The position numbers were made by a program, and so were the translations under genes. A stretch of 64,000 nt of DNA from Vicugna vicugna (Eukaryota): positions 4,550,327-4,614,326 of the forward strand of contig MU061579.1 of NCBI GenBank assembly GCA_013265495.1, read 5' to 3'. This document shows, in pieces, positions 26,543-39,689 of this stretch. Position 1 is the stretch's first letter. Every line of letters begins with the position of its first letter. The notes below the pieces were generated by a model. It was not told the origin of the DNA. It ran no database searches and saw nothing but the letters and a program-made list of their open reading frames with translations.

Positions 26543-26764
26543 TGGTCATGTTGATTTTTGAGGCAAGCAGTCATTTTTGGTCTCATTGGAATATGATGGT
26601 GCTACATATGTTAAAGTCCACCAGTTAAACGTGACTTAGGACTAGATATTCTGAGCATACGGACTATATACTCTTAGTATGAACTTAGCACAAAATTAAT
26701 TCTGTAGAGCCTGCCTTTGTGGAGAAGATTTAGACTGCCTGACCACCTGACTAGAAATATCAAA

Positions 26765-26955
26765 TAAGCTAGCATTTATGGAAGGCTCATAAACCAGCGT
26801 TGTGTTAGTGTTTTTCATGTATTGTCTCATTAATGTGTAAAATTCCATGAGGGAAGTAGTAGTATTATTCCTAATTTTACAGATAGGGACTGTAATGTAA
26901 CAAAATGTACAAAAACTATCCCATTTAGCTAGTTTTACAGGTAGCATTTGAACTG
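26765..26955 (-). mobile_element. MIR SINE
   Basis: 'gctagcatttatggaaggctc...tattattcctaattttacagatagggactg'. Confidence 0.7.
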
Positions 26956-28599
26956 TGCATCATCTCCCTTCTAAGAACATACATGAACTCAATACAAAAA
27001 GCATATTTGTGAGAAGCAACAAATAAGAGAAAATATAGGGATATAAGTGTTGACTCCATTTAAAAAGAACAACCTGGAAGCAAGTATTTCCTGCAGGGAT
27101 CAATTCTCCTTCTGCAGGATGCAGAGAAAGAATCAGGCGTCGTGGGGACCCTATAACTCCCCCCAATCAAAACACAAAAAGAAGACCACGCAAGATTTCC
27201 CTTCAGCTGGATCAGAACAGATCCTTGAACCTAGTAAACACTTGCATCTCCAGGGAGGAATATGTTTGTTCTACTCTGAATCACCTATTTGATGTTGTCT
27301 TATCTTTTGGAGTTTCATTCAACCAGACTGGAGTTGTTTACCAACCTTACCACATTTTCTATCCACATTAGAAAGGCCTAAAATAATATTCCAGTATTAC
27401 CCAGAGTAGTCAATGCGGTGCTGTATTGTTTTCCCGCATTTGAATGTCTGAAGGACCTAGCCAATCCACTGAGTATATTCATATGAGGATTTTACTTAAA
27501 TGTAAAACATGTAGAACAAGAGGAGTAGATTTCAGGCAAGCATAATAGGTCTGAGAGACAATCTTTGTGCACTTGAACTGTACTGAGTCTCTGGCTGAAA
27601 CGACAACTTTGTGTGAGAAGTCTTAGCTTCAGAAGAGCAACCTGAAGAAACGCCTAAGTAGTTCTTTTAGAAGTCAAACTAGGGTTGTCAAACTATTTGA
27701 GCTCATTGCACCGTTGGTACGGAAGCTAACCCCGAGTGGAGCAGGGTCACCAGGAGAGTTTCTGACTTTAAACAGCACATCATAAATGTCATTGCCTTTG
27801 TTTCAGGCAAGAGTCAAAAAATTAGGCATCTCCAGAGATGAGAGAAAGCTTTGCCATTCTAGCTGTAAATTAGCTCTCCTTAGGGGTCCAGCCCTGTATT
27901 CTGAAGCCATGTGACAAATTTATTTATTTAAGATTGGACTGTATCTTAGGAGTTATTTAAATTCAATAATCTCTACATTTAAGACCCTTGAGAATTCCAG
28001 GCCTGAGTATGGAAAAACTGAGTCACACAGTTAACAGAAGGTCATAGACTTGTGGATGGCTCTTGTTTATCTTATGGGCCTAATTGATATTATATCACTG
28101 TATTTGAAACATGGATCACACACGTGGACTCTACTATGATTCTAAAATACAATATGTAGGCTCCAGAGTTGAAAGATCAATTAGATACTTATTTGATCTA
28201 ACTGAGCATAAGAGTTAGGAATAATGTTTTTAAAGACATTGAAAAATACATTTGGCTGAAATTCCAAACCGCCTGTTGTACCTCCCAAGAAAAATCCCAG
28301 ACTTAAGTTCAAATATTTAACAAGCCACCAACTTCTTGCTTTCTGTATATTCTTACATTTTCAGCTTCAGTTTAAATATATTAATAGTAAAATTGTCATG
28401 TGGTCATAACCAAAAGCAAGCACAAACCTACAACTCAGCAGGAAATATTCAAAAGCGGTCTGAATGATTATCTTTCTCAAAATGTGAAGTTAATTATAGC
28501 AGGCCAAAAAGGATAGTAATCTCATTGCTATTTGGGTAAAATTTAACTATAGACCAGTCTTTATGAACTGTTAGTAGGCTGACATATAGTTAAATCGGG

Positions 28600-28890
28600 G
28601 TTTACAAACATTGAAGAAGGGAGTTACAAATATGGAAAAAGAGAAGACTAGAATAAACTCTGTTGCATGATATGGACTGAAGGAATCAACACAAATGTGT
28701 CAGCTATAATACAGCTGATAGGTATAGAAACAGACACAGACATACGTGTGTGTGTTGTTTTCTGCCTCCATCTGCTAAGAGAACTTGGGAGTAAAGAAAC
28801 TGATACGATGAGCACACCTAGTCCACAGATCTTGGTTTCTACATACCATTCTCCAGGGCTCCTTGGAGAAATGGCTGATGTGAAATATCT
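28600..28890 (+). mobile_element. L1MC/MD-like 3' UTR fragment
   Basis: 'ggagttacaaatatggaaa..gaagactagaataaac', 'atgagcacacctagtccacagatcttggtttcta..taccattctcca', 'gggctccttggagaaatggctgat'. Confidence 0.75.
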
Positions 28891-28989
28891 ACACAAACAA
28901 ACACAGATTCATTTTCAAAAGGAAGAAATAAAGGATTAGAGAGGGTATGTCATGTACATAAAGACACAAGCAAGCAAGTGTCAAAGAGA

Positions 28990-29215
28990 GCACAGACTTC
29001 TGGTGAAAGGGTAAATGCTGGACCAGACTATCTGGGGTAAGGTCCCAGCATCCTTCACTTACCAACTTTATGACCATGGGCAAGTCTGTCAGTCACTAGA
29101 CCTTAATTTCCTAGGCAATAAATCTGTATAACAATAATAATATGTACCTCCTAAGTGGTGTTACTGTGAGGAACTAAATGAGATAACATTGAAAAACACT
29201 GCACATTGTAATTAC
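28990..29215 (+). mobile_element. MIR SINE
   Basis: 'cacttaccaactttatgaccatgggcaagt...ttactgtgaggaactaaatgagataac'. Confidence 0.7.
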
Positions 29216-30992
29216 TGCATGTATTTACTTTTTAATTGCTATCATAATTTTTATTTTAATGATTATTTTTATTATATGAAACCATGTCTCCCTGACTTTA
29301 CAATGCTCCCACTTTCTGAGAAAAGATAAAAATTGGAGCAAGTATATTACAGTGATGAAAGCTATATCAGAAAATAGATTTAAAAACCTCATAGTGTATT
29401 TGTGAGACAGTAAGGATGGTGACCTAATACTATGAAGGGTAAGAATTGGAGAAGAGTGAGAAACATGGTTTGACAGATATGTTGAGACTAGATTATACTG
29501 ATCAGTGAGATTGAAGTGCATATGACTTTTGAAAGAGTATTTTGGGGGGAGTTTATGTTTGCTTCAGTATGCAGGATGCTTTGTGTGAAGGGAAGAAAAG
29601 AATTGCCTTTATGCTATAGATGGGTAAAAATTGCCACTGGATAGTTAATATTGCCTAAGTTGTATTGGAAAAAATGAAAGAAGACATCATAAATTCAAAA
29701 TAATTGGAGATGAATTCAAATACAAAATAGGAACATGTTGTAACTGTAGAATATATAAATTTAATTAAATTTAGCTTTAAATAGTAACTTAAATTAGTTT
29801 AATAAATGATTTCACATAGAGGCTCTGTAGGAAGTGACTTTAATTGATACATGTCTAATTTGTAGTTATTAGAAATCCATTGTTTCATATAAATAATTGA
29901 TGTGCTAAAATTATTTTAAGCCTTCTCCTGCTACATATTTTTATCTGTCTCCTTTGGACTCTTTATTCTGTTAGTTTACTTAGCTGTTTTTTCTTTTTCT
30001 GGTGGCAATGCAAGGAAAACTCTACAAAGACGAGTCAAGTGATCAAAAATTGGTGGAATTATTTCACTATAGTTTCATCTTTAAAAAGCTAGAGATGACA
30101 ACACAATATTCATTTGTATTCTACATTTCATCAATTTTTCCTTCTCCATTTTCTCCTGGTACAATGCAAATTCCAAAAATATTAAGACAAGGGAAAAGGA
30201 AGAAGTGAAGGTTAGAAATAATGAGCAAAATGGCAATCACTCCTGGATAATTGAGAGTGAAATCTACATCACTGGTAAAGTAAGGGACGACATCATTATC
30301 CCCATATTGCTGTGAAAATATGTGTGGATCAGTAAGCAGTACTGCTCCTTCTACTTATTAATGAATGAACCACTGGTCTCTAGAAGAGCATAGCTAAATT
30401 TGGGGGCTTAATGAAGGTTTAAATGGGAATGAAACTTACCAAACCTTGCATGTGAAACTTCACTTGACCCAGAAGCACTGCTCCTAATTCTGCAAAGTCA
30501 ACAAAAGTGATGAAAATGGGAAGGAATGCATTACTAAACACAATTTGGCCCATTAGTTTTTGGCAATTCCTGTTCTATTTCAATCTTCTTTTTACAACAG
30601 ATGTAATGTGGAAAGCATTGCTAATTAAAGGATACTATAGTAACCAGATTCTCAAAAAGGACCACCATAGAGTTAGAAGGAAAAAAAAAAAACCTCTAAA
30701 AAGGATGGCACATAGCTATTATAATAAAAAACAGGGCCTATTTCTAAAAATAAATTGCAAATATTAATCCAATAGTACAGTCATTCCTAAGAGTGATTAT
30801 GGTTTTCCAAGTGTTGTGACACCTATAATGCCCCATGTCATACTCTCTTATTTTCACTCTATTGTAGTCCTCAGAAAAATGAGTTTGATCAATTCCCCAG
30901 TTCCAACTATAAATGCAAATGCAATGTAAGAAATATCGGATCTGCTGGAAACTTTTAGTTGCCCTTGCAACGACTCATAAAACTATGAACTC

Positions 30993-31259
30993 CATTCATG
31001 TCGATGGGCGTTTAGGTTATTTCCAAGTTTTGGCTATTGTAAACAGTGCTGCTATGAACATTGGGGTGCATATATCTTTTTGAGTTATAGTTTGTTGTTT
31101 ATACAAGGAACACAAGGAACTGTATTCAATATCTTGTGATAACCTATAATAGAAAGAATCTGAAAAAGAATATATATATGTATATGTATTATTGAATCAC
31201 TTTGCTATATACTTGAAACTAACACAATATGGTAAATTGACTATATTTCAATAAAAAAA
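30993..31259. mobile_element. 5'-inverted (twin-primed) truncated L1
   Basis: Minus-strand ORF2-end piece 'tttaggttatttccaagttttggctattgtaaacagtgctgctatgaacattggggtgcatatatc' joined near 31094 to a plus-strand 3' end ending 'tatttcaataaaaaaaa'; TSD core atgaactc at 30985-30992 and 31260-31267. Confidence 0.88.
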
Positions 31260-32394
31260 ATGAACTCTAATCACCATCGGCATTATTACCTGTAGGGTGT
31301 ATGTACCTCCAGCTAGGATGATATAATTTATTTAAAACACTAAGTCACTTCATGTAGTCTTCTACTTTTAAGTATTTTTTTCTGTCATGTTTAATAAGAA
31401 CCATTCAAAAATCACCTGCACTGTGAACATACTTTTTAAGAAAGTCATTTGGGATAGAGAAGGAAATTTGCTTTGATCAGTGCTGAGCGGTCGAGCAAAG
31501 CAATGAGTATAATTTTGAAGTAGTGTTGAGAAATGCAATCTAAGAAAGAATGGTTTTGATAATTTTGGCAGAAAGTGAGATCAATTTCTACTTCTAAAAT
31601 GGAAATGAGTATCTTACTTGATATCTTGAGTCATTTCCTGGGATCCAACTGTTTTTAAAGCTTTGGCTCAGTCCCGTCCCATCCCATCCTTCCTCCCCCA
31701 ACCCCAACTCATTAATGAGTGATCCAGATGCTGGACCAGGCTTGGGAACAGCAAAGTGATAAATCAGGCTTTCTTTTAGAAGAACCTCGTCAAGTCATCT
31801 AGAAAACAACAAAAAGCCTCCGAAAGAACTGTCACAAAAAAGTGGGATAAACGTGACGCTATTATTAGTTACAAGGTGTTAGGGGAGCATGGGTGTGTGG
31901 CACTAACCAAGATCCTATAGGAATTCAATGGGGAACCATAAACCTGAAGCTTGGTGAGCAACTAGAAGTCAAAGATAGGAGTGAAACAAGGAAGAACTCT
32001 ATGCAAAACTGCCTTGTGCAAAAGATCTGGGACAGGAGAAAGAATGGTATGTGATGAACATTAAAAAGAATTTCTTGGCTGGAGGATAGGAGCATTTTCG
32101 TGTGTATTACCATATGTGGTTTTCAAAATAAACTCACTAGGTAGAAAGGTTTCGTTTTTGTTTTTCCCTTTTTCATGTAATAAAACAATTCTGGGAAGGA
32201 TTTGAATGTTACAAAACTCTTAAAAGCTAATAGTGGATTTGAATTCATTTTCTTCGATTAATTGAAAACCTTCGAAGTATGGTAATAAATACTAAGTCAC
32301 AGCAAGGAGGATTCTGCAATATAGCCTAAGACATAGTAATAAAAGTTGATACTTAACATGATTGTCAGGTGCCCATAAGGGATTTCTCTGTGTT

Positions 32395-32590
32395 GTTTTA
32401 ACCTCATCAAATCCTTACCATCCATGATCTAAGTACTGCCATTACCACCATCTTGTGGATCAGGAAACCAAGATAGAGAAAGATAAACCTTCACTAATTT
32501 CTCATGGCTAAATAATTGATAAAACTAAGGCATGAATCCAGGCGGTCTGTTTCCAAACTCCACACTCTTAATTGCTAAACCATTGCATCT
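32395..32590 (-). mobile_element. MIR SINE
   Basis: 'ttaacctcatc..', 'gatcaggaaaccaagatagagaaag', 'gcatgaatccaggcggtctgtttccaaactccacactcttaa'. Confidence 0.7.
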
Positions 32591-34729
32591 CTATGTTATT
32601 TTATTATTTTTAAAGGAAGTGAATGATTAGAAAGTAGTGTAAAACAATGACAATAAGGGAGGAAATTTTTGTACAGATGTGATCTATGAGATTTAGAGAG
32701 GAGAGGCTTATTACTTTGGGTTGAAAATTTGGTTTTGAAAAAGAGAGAAGAATTAGCAAAATCATTGCCTGTCCTGAGGGCTGCGGGCCCCCTGCTTAGA
32801 TCCCCCTTCAGGTACTCATTACACGTGCTGGGAGTGCTGGGGATGGTTGGGGTCATCTCCTTCCTCAAGTATTGCCTGTGTCTGAAGGAAGCTGCCTCGC
32901 AGGAGGTAAACCCCCGACTGGAGAGTAGCCCACAGTGACTGACTGAGGGCTAAGCAACTTACAGGTTAAGTAATTTACCTAAGGTCACTAAGATTCCAAA
33001 TAAAAGAATATGATCCTGTAATTACTTGAGTCAAAGTCTAAGACATTTTTTCTTTTACCAGGTTTCCTCCTGTGTATTAACTTAACAGGTCAAAGTAAGT
33101 ATTTTATAAGAACTGACAAATTTATGTATGCCCACTTTATGCAATCTTCAGACCCCTGTCATTTCAATCTGCTGTTATAAGTAAGTTTGCTTTAATATCT
33201 TTAACACAAACCAGAAATATAAAAGAAACCAGTAGCAATATAAAAGAAGGAAACTATTTGACATTGAAACATGAGACTATGAATGGTATCCTGTGTTGTA
33301 TATTAAATATACGTACATCAAATGTATATATATTTTGTAGCTTAAGAATATGTGTTTCCTTGTATTGAGTATGAAATACTGTAAATCTGTGTGCCCTAGA
33401 GATGAGAAGAATCATTCTTGTTGATTCTAAGCATCTAAGCTGCACTTTATAAATAGTAGGAATCAGTGGCACTGCAATCTAGGTTTTTATGTGTCATTGG
33501 ATCTTTTATGGTTGTTGAAAGAGCTGGAATGTCTGTTGCTTGAAATATTGTGTATAACAGGAAGTATATCAGTTGTGCTTCAACTGATTCTAATAAAAAA
33601 ATCTTTAGAGTATTTCTAGGCATTTAAACTAAGCTTTATTTTTCCCTCCCAGAATTTTACCCACAGTTGATTCAAGACACTTCCTTGTTAAACTCAACAA
33701 CAACTAGTTAAGCTCAGTAAGGTAGTAGTTTGAGCAACTGAAACCCCATATGTTTGTTTCTTGCTGACAGAATGAATTCTGCTTCAGGGCACTAATCTAT
33801 TCAAGACATATGTTATAATCATAGGATATTCACTGGCAATCATGATGGGAATCCCTGTTTGTAGAATTGCAGCCTTGTGCAATAGCTGCAAAGGTCACAG
33901 ATGATTAAAAGAGCCAATGCCAGTGAAGGTCCTTTCAAGAACCACTTGACTAGAACTGTGCATCCAGCAGTGCCTCGCCCCTCCTTCAAGGGCACTACAG
34001 CATTGGACTACAAGTCTATAACAAGATGTACAAAAGTCATAAAACTGCCAATCTCTCTAATCCAAGTATGGCTTCAAAGGAACATCTTCACTAGTCAAGC
34101 AGTACAATGAACACAACTTCTAAAATACTTATTACTGAAATCAATCAATTTTGGAAACAATGTATAAATCACTTATATATTTGATATACTCATTACATTA
34201 AAAAATGAATACGTGGCAGCTCCCTCAAAAGCCTTATAACCTTTTAAGTACTCTGGAGTAGTAAAAATTGTGTTTGAAATCATGTCATAGTTAGCTATAT
34301 AACCTAAGAAAATACAACATGTATCGTTGTCCTTGGAATAAAATCATGCTGATGAAAGTTTTACTCTTCTTATTTTAGAGAAGATTAAATAAATGACTGC
34401 ACTATCATTGGCCTTTTAGACAATACTTATATAAATAATTGTCCTTGTTTTAATGCTGAGTTTGATTCTTATGAATACATTTCCTTAGAGGAGATACCCC
34501 ATGGCATAATTATATTAGTTACACTTTCTTTGTCAGCAGTGTTGTAGTTGCTCATATCAATCAACCGATATGTATGCAGTTTTGACCGACCTTCATAAGA
34601 TTCATATTAGTTCCCATGCTGGAAATGAACATCATTCATTTATAGGCACAGATAATCATATACAATATCATAGCAAAACAAAAGTCTTAGTAATGTGATG
34701 CATTGAGTAATACTTTTATCTAAAAAGTA

Positions 34730-34970
34730 ACAGAAACTAGCATTCATAGAAATGCTTACAATGCCACAGGCCCTAAATATTTTATATAAATTAATTTGAT
34801 TAATCTTCAAACCAAATCTGTAAGGTGAATACTATTATTTCCCAGTTTTGTAGAAAAGATAACTAAGACTTAGAAAGGTTAAGTACGTTGCCCTAAAGAC
34901 TAAGTGAAAGCTAGTAATTGGTGGAGGGTGGGTTGAAATAAACAAGTCTGTTACCAGAGCCAGGTTCTTG
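34730..34970 (-). mobile_element. MIR SINE
   Basis: 'actattatttcccagttttgtagaaaagataactaagacttagaaaggttaagtacgttgccc'. Confidence 0.7.
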
Positions 34971-36940
34971 ATCTTGGAATCAGAGGGCTCATTTGAGTTT
35001 TGATACAGTCTCTAATGGACCTCATTGGTTCTGAGGTTCTGAGTAAAGGAAAGCAAATTTCTGACTTAAGTTTTGAAAATGTCTCTTCAGAAGACATTTT
35101 TGGAGACAGAACTACCTCAGATCAAACATAGCACTATCCTGAGAGATTTTAAATGGACAAACACTCGCCCAGATTCTAAGAAATAAATCCCTAGCTTATG
35201 CAAGGATGTGAACCCTTAAGACAACACATGTAAATGCATTTGCCTGACTGCAATAGTATTTCCAAATGATGCAATATAAATGTGTAGATATTATATCTCT
35301 TTATATTTTGACATGTCAGTTGCAGAATCCTTAAGATGCTGTGCTTTCAAGTGTTTACTTAGAAATAACAACAACTGTTACAGATCATGTAAAGTGTAAA
35401 ACACAAAATGTTTTATTTCAGTACAAGAGAGGACACCTCAATTCACACTTTGGTTAAAAAAAAAAAATGCCTTGACAAACCTGTTGTTGGGACTAATCAG
35501 ACCACAGACCAATTCAAACCTTAGAAGGGCTGTTTTAAAAACAGTGTTCAGGGTAGACCAACTCAAAAAGTGGGGCAGCAACGATTAGTGCCCAATAATA
35601 AAATAAGTAATTTTTACTCAAAAAAAAAAATCTTAATAGAGAAGAGATGTTGATGTCACAAGGGCTGAACATTTAAAGAAGTTTATCTGAAAGGAATGAC
35701 TGAGTAGTAGAGGGGAAAATGATTGGCTTTGCTTCTGAATGAAGGTGGCCTTTAGCCTTGTTAGCTTACGCGCCACCTTTGCTTTCCTTTTGACACCATC
35801 GTTTAAGTGCCACAAATCAAATTTGTCTGAGGGCGCTGCTTGACAGGAGTCGTAAGTAAGTGCCGGGGGCCTGGCTGCAGCTGTTGCTCTGCACAGTTGT
35901 GCTGTGTCATTTGAATTTGTGCTTCACTGCATCTTTAAAGCATCCCCTCTACGTAACCTGATTACAGTTGTACCCCGTCTGTTCACTTGATTGCCGATGC
36001 TTCAGAATCCTACTGTTAACACAGTCCACAAATTTTAACTCCAGCAGAAATATTTTTCAGAAAGAAATATTTCCAAAACCAGCCATTTCTAACAGCTCTC
36101 CTTTGATTAGGCCCTGGCATTTTATCACCAATATCCAAGCACCTCTGTCTGTGCTCTTTGTCTCCTTAAAGAACTTCTGTTCCTTGAATCACACTCTGAT
36201 CGTTTCTTTTGCTTTATTCATGCTCTGCTTTTATGTACTGTTGGTAATATTTTCTTCCACAATCTTTGCATGGTCTCTTAAAGTCCCCTTTGGCATTTTC
36301 ATGCAGTTCCAGGATGTATTCTCAGTGAGGCTGTCAAATTCCTTGAAGACTAAAATATTCACAAAGTATTTGAATGGTTGGCTATATAGAGGGCAAACTT
36401 GGGAAATGACTTTGTCAAGTATAGATCATCCACTTTTTCATCAACAAACACCACATGGTCTTAACTCGTATGTTTTTATGTATTACATAAATGATTCACA
36501 CGTTTCACAGAGAACAATTTTTTAACCAAAAAAAAGTCATCTCTCACCCCCAATTTACCTCTTTCTTGTACTAGTATTGGCAATTCTCCCCATTACCACT
36601 CACTCTAGCAATAACTAGCCCTTAAATTCCTGGCTTCCTCCTGCCATTTGTTCATGTCATTCTGAATTATTCTCCTCTTTAGTATGCTGAGCAGTTTAGC
36701 AATTTTTTTTTAAGCTTAAGCTCTCATTCAGATTACTTCCATCAATTCAAATAACTCACAAAATTATTTTTTCCAGACAAATAAGGTGTTCTATTTCCTG
36801 ATGAAATGACACATCATCAAATATCCTTTTCTTGGCAACTAAGTATGATTGCTTGGATCATAACTTCTCCTTTTGAAGGTTTTCTTTAGTCTGTAAAGCT
36901 AAAATAATTTTTTCAAGCAGTTGGTTTTTGAAATTAGATG

Positions 36941-37193
36941 TTTCTTTTTCTCTTTTCCTCTTCCTCTTCCTCTTCCTCCTCCTCTTCCTCCTCCTCCTCC
37001 TCCTCTTCCCCTTCCTCTTCCTCTTCCTCTTCCTCTTCCTCCCCTTCTTCTCCTTCTCCTTCTCCTCCTTCTCCTTCTCCTTCTCCTTCTCCTTCTTCTT
37101 CTTCTTCTTCTTCTCCTTCTTCTTCTTCTTCTTCTTCTTCTTCTTCTTCTTCTTCTTCTTCTTCTTCTTCTTCTTCTTCTTCTTCTTTTCCCC
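36941..37193. repeat. Compound polypyrimidine microsatellite (CTCTTC)n-(CTCCTT)n-(CTT)n
   Basis: About 250 bp of C/T only, ending in about 23 uninterrupted TTC units (37117-37185). Confidence 0.97.
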
Positions 37194-37234
37194 TGGTTTA
37201 ACTTGCATCTCCAGGCATTAGAAAAGCTTTGTTT

Positions 37235-37368
37235 TATTTCCTAAGATCTTTTTTTGGGGGGAGGGGACAATTATGTTTATTTATTTATTTATTAATAGAG
37301 GTACTGGGGATTGAACCCAGGACCTCGTGCTTGTTAAGAACACACTCTTTCACGGAGCTACCTCTCCC
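37235..37368 (-). mobile_element. tRNA-derived SINE (camelid vic-1-like)
   Basis: 'gaggtactggggattgaacccaggacctcgtgcttgttaagaacacactctttcacggagctacctctccc' is the reverse complement of the head at 13545; 15-bp TSD agaaa(a/g)gctttgttt at 37220-37234 and 37369-37383. Confidence 0.88.
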
Positions 37369-37579
37369 AGAAAGGCTTTGTTTCAGAATAAGAGTTTCAA
37401 AGTCTTTTTGAGGTGAAAAAGAAAGATTTAGAGATGTTAGTGACTAAGTTAAATGACATATAAATATTCAAGACAACAAAATAGGTAGAATCATTAATAT
37501 CAGTTATAATGTGATTAACTGTATACTAATAGAAAAGAAATAGTCTTAGTACCTGAGTATAGCTGTATTTGCATCTGCT

Positions 37580-38790
37580 GTTTATTAATTTTCTATCTAA
37601 ATGATCTATCCAATGTTGAAAGTGGCACATTTAAGGTCCTACTATTGTTTTATTGCTGCATTTTTCCCTCCTAGTCTTTTAACTTTTGCTTTAAATATTT
37701 AGTACCATATACTTATAATTGTTGTTTATCTACGTGTATATTTATCATTATTGTATACTCTTGTTCAATTGATTCCTTTATTACTATTTAGTGACTTTTC
37801 TTTGTCACTCTTGTAACTGATTTTAACTATCTTATCTAAGTATAGCCACCTCTGTTCTCTTTTGGTTACCATTTGCCTGAAACATATTTTCCCATCTCTT
37901 CACCTTCATAACTATGCGTGTCCTTAGAGTGAAAGTGAATCCCTTGTAGGCAGCATGTTGTTGGGTCTTGTGTTTTTTTCATTTGGCCATTTGTGGCTGT
38001 GATTGGATAATTTAGTTCCTTTTTATAAAAATAATTATTGGTAGATAAGGACTTATTACTACCATGTCATTACTTGTTCTCTGCTTTTTAAAAAGTTTCT
38101 ATGTTACTCTCTTCCTTTCTTACTGTTTTCCTTTGTAATTTATTGTTGGTAATGGTATGTTTTAATTCCTTTCAATATATCTTTTATGTAACTACTATAG
38201 GTTTTTCTTTGTTGTTACCCTGAGGCTTATGTAAAACATTGTATATATCGAACAGTCTATTTTAAACTAGCAACAATTTAGCTTCTACTGTATACAAAAA
38301 AAATCTAATTTTCCTTCTCCTCCTTCTACATTATATGCTATTGATGTCACACTTTACAGTTTTTTATATTGTGCATTATTAAAAATTTTTGTAGTTAAAG
38401 TTATTTTTAATATTAGGGTTTTCAACTTTTATACTAGAGATAAAATTGTTTTATACACCACCATTACAGTATTAGGGTATTCTGAATTTGACTGTATATT
38501 TTTCTTTTTCAGTGAATTTTATACCTGAGTATGTTTTCATGGTATTAATTAGCATCCTTGCATTTTGACTTGAAGAATTCCCTTTAGCATTTCTTATAAG
38601 GCAGGTATAGTGGTTATGAACCCCCTTATTTCCTACAATCTGAGAATTAATTTTGCATGATTATTTTAGATTTGTGAAGGTGTGTTTTATGGCCCAGAAT
38701 GTGATCTATCTTGGTGAAAGTTCCATGTGAGAATGTGAGAAGTTTGTATAATCTGCTCTTGGATGAACTATTTTATGAAATACATTAGAC
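37580..38790 (-). mobile_element. L1 fragments covering the ORF2 endonuclease and inter-ORF region (degenerate)
   Basis: 'gatctatccaatgttgaaagtgg', 'ttggttaccatttgcctgaaacatattttcccatc', 'cccttgtaggcagcat', 'ccctttagcatttcttataaggcagg', 'ttttatggcccagaatgtgatctatcttggtgaa'. Confidence 0.85.
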
Positions 38791-39330
38791 TCCTGGTTTC
38801 TGTTTTGACATATAAAGAGCTTAAACATTGTCACTCCTTTCCTTACAACAAGTAGATGATCAAACTGAAAATCAAAAACTCTTAATACATACATCAAAGA
38901 ATTGAAAACCCAGGGCAAACTGCTGCCTGCTCTGAAAACTGGAAAGAAAGACAGGCAGAAACAGAGAATCACAACTCATAACTTACTGGGAGCAGAAGTC
39001 CAGAAGCAAAGACTGCAGCTGGAGCAGTCTTGCTCTTAAATTGTAGTTGAGGAATTGCTGGAGGCTCCTTGTGTACTATAATGTGAGCATTATAAATTCC
39101 AGGGTGGTCCAGTCTTGGAGAATATCAAATACTTTTGTGAATTTTACCTCCAGGAGCTCTACCAGGTTCTAATTCCAACAGAGACACATCACCTTGTGCT
39201 TCCAGCAGTGGTTGGGGAAAATAACCATTTTGAAATATGTCTACAGCTCTCCTTAACAAGACCTGTCCTACAGGGAATCTATTTTACCAGAGCTTAACTG
39301 ACTGGAGCTTTATCAAAGCCTAACTGACCC
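38790..39330 (+). mobile_element. Old L1M 5'-end fragment
   Basis: 'gactcctggtttctg...aaactgaaaatcaa..actctt..cagggcaaactgctgcc', 'tttgtgaattttacctccaggagctctaccaggttct'. Confidence 0.6.
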
Positions 39331-39519
39331 ATATACAAATGGGCAAAAGGATTTCTTAGCAACCAAGTTACCACTCAGGAATCTCCAAGAGCCAGTGAAG
39401 AGCTTAGGCTCAAAGCCACCCAACCCGAGGGAAAGGGAACATGGGTATTACTACACTCGTCTAGTTATTCATTGCTGTGTAACAATCTACCCCAAAACAT
39501 AGCACCCTAATAGAACCAT

Positions 39520-39675
39520 TTTAGTTTTTAACAGACTTATTAAGATGTAATTAACAGACAATAAACTGCATACATTTAAAATGTATGATTTGATATAGTT
39601 TGACATATGTATATTCTGTGAAAGCATCACTACAATTAGGAAAATAAAAATATTTATCACCTCCTTTTTAATTTT
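39520..39675 (-). mobile_element. L1 3' end fragment
   Basis: 'tattaagatgtaattaacagacaataaactgcatacatttaaaatgtatgatttgat..ttttgacatatgtata'. Confidence 0.75.
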
Positions 39676-39689
39676 CACAATTTAATTAA

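Noticed and set aside
35968..36525. Longest ORF in the window (185 aa)
   Set aside because: Non-ATG start, no recognisable domain, and it runs through AT-rich, L2-like sequence.
36858..37244. Poly-K, poly-L, poly-S and poly-F ORFs
   Set aside because: They are translations of the (CTT)n/(CTCTTC)n microsatellite.
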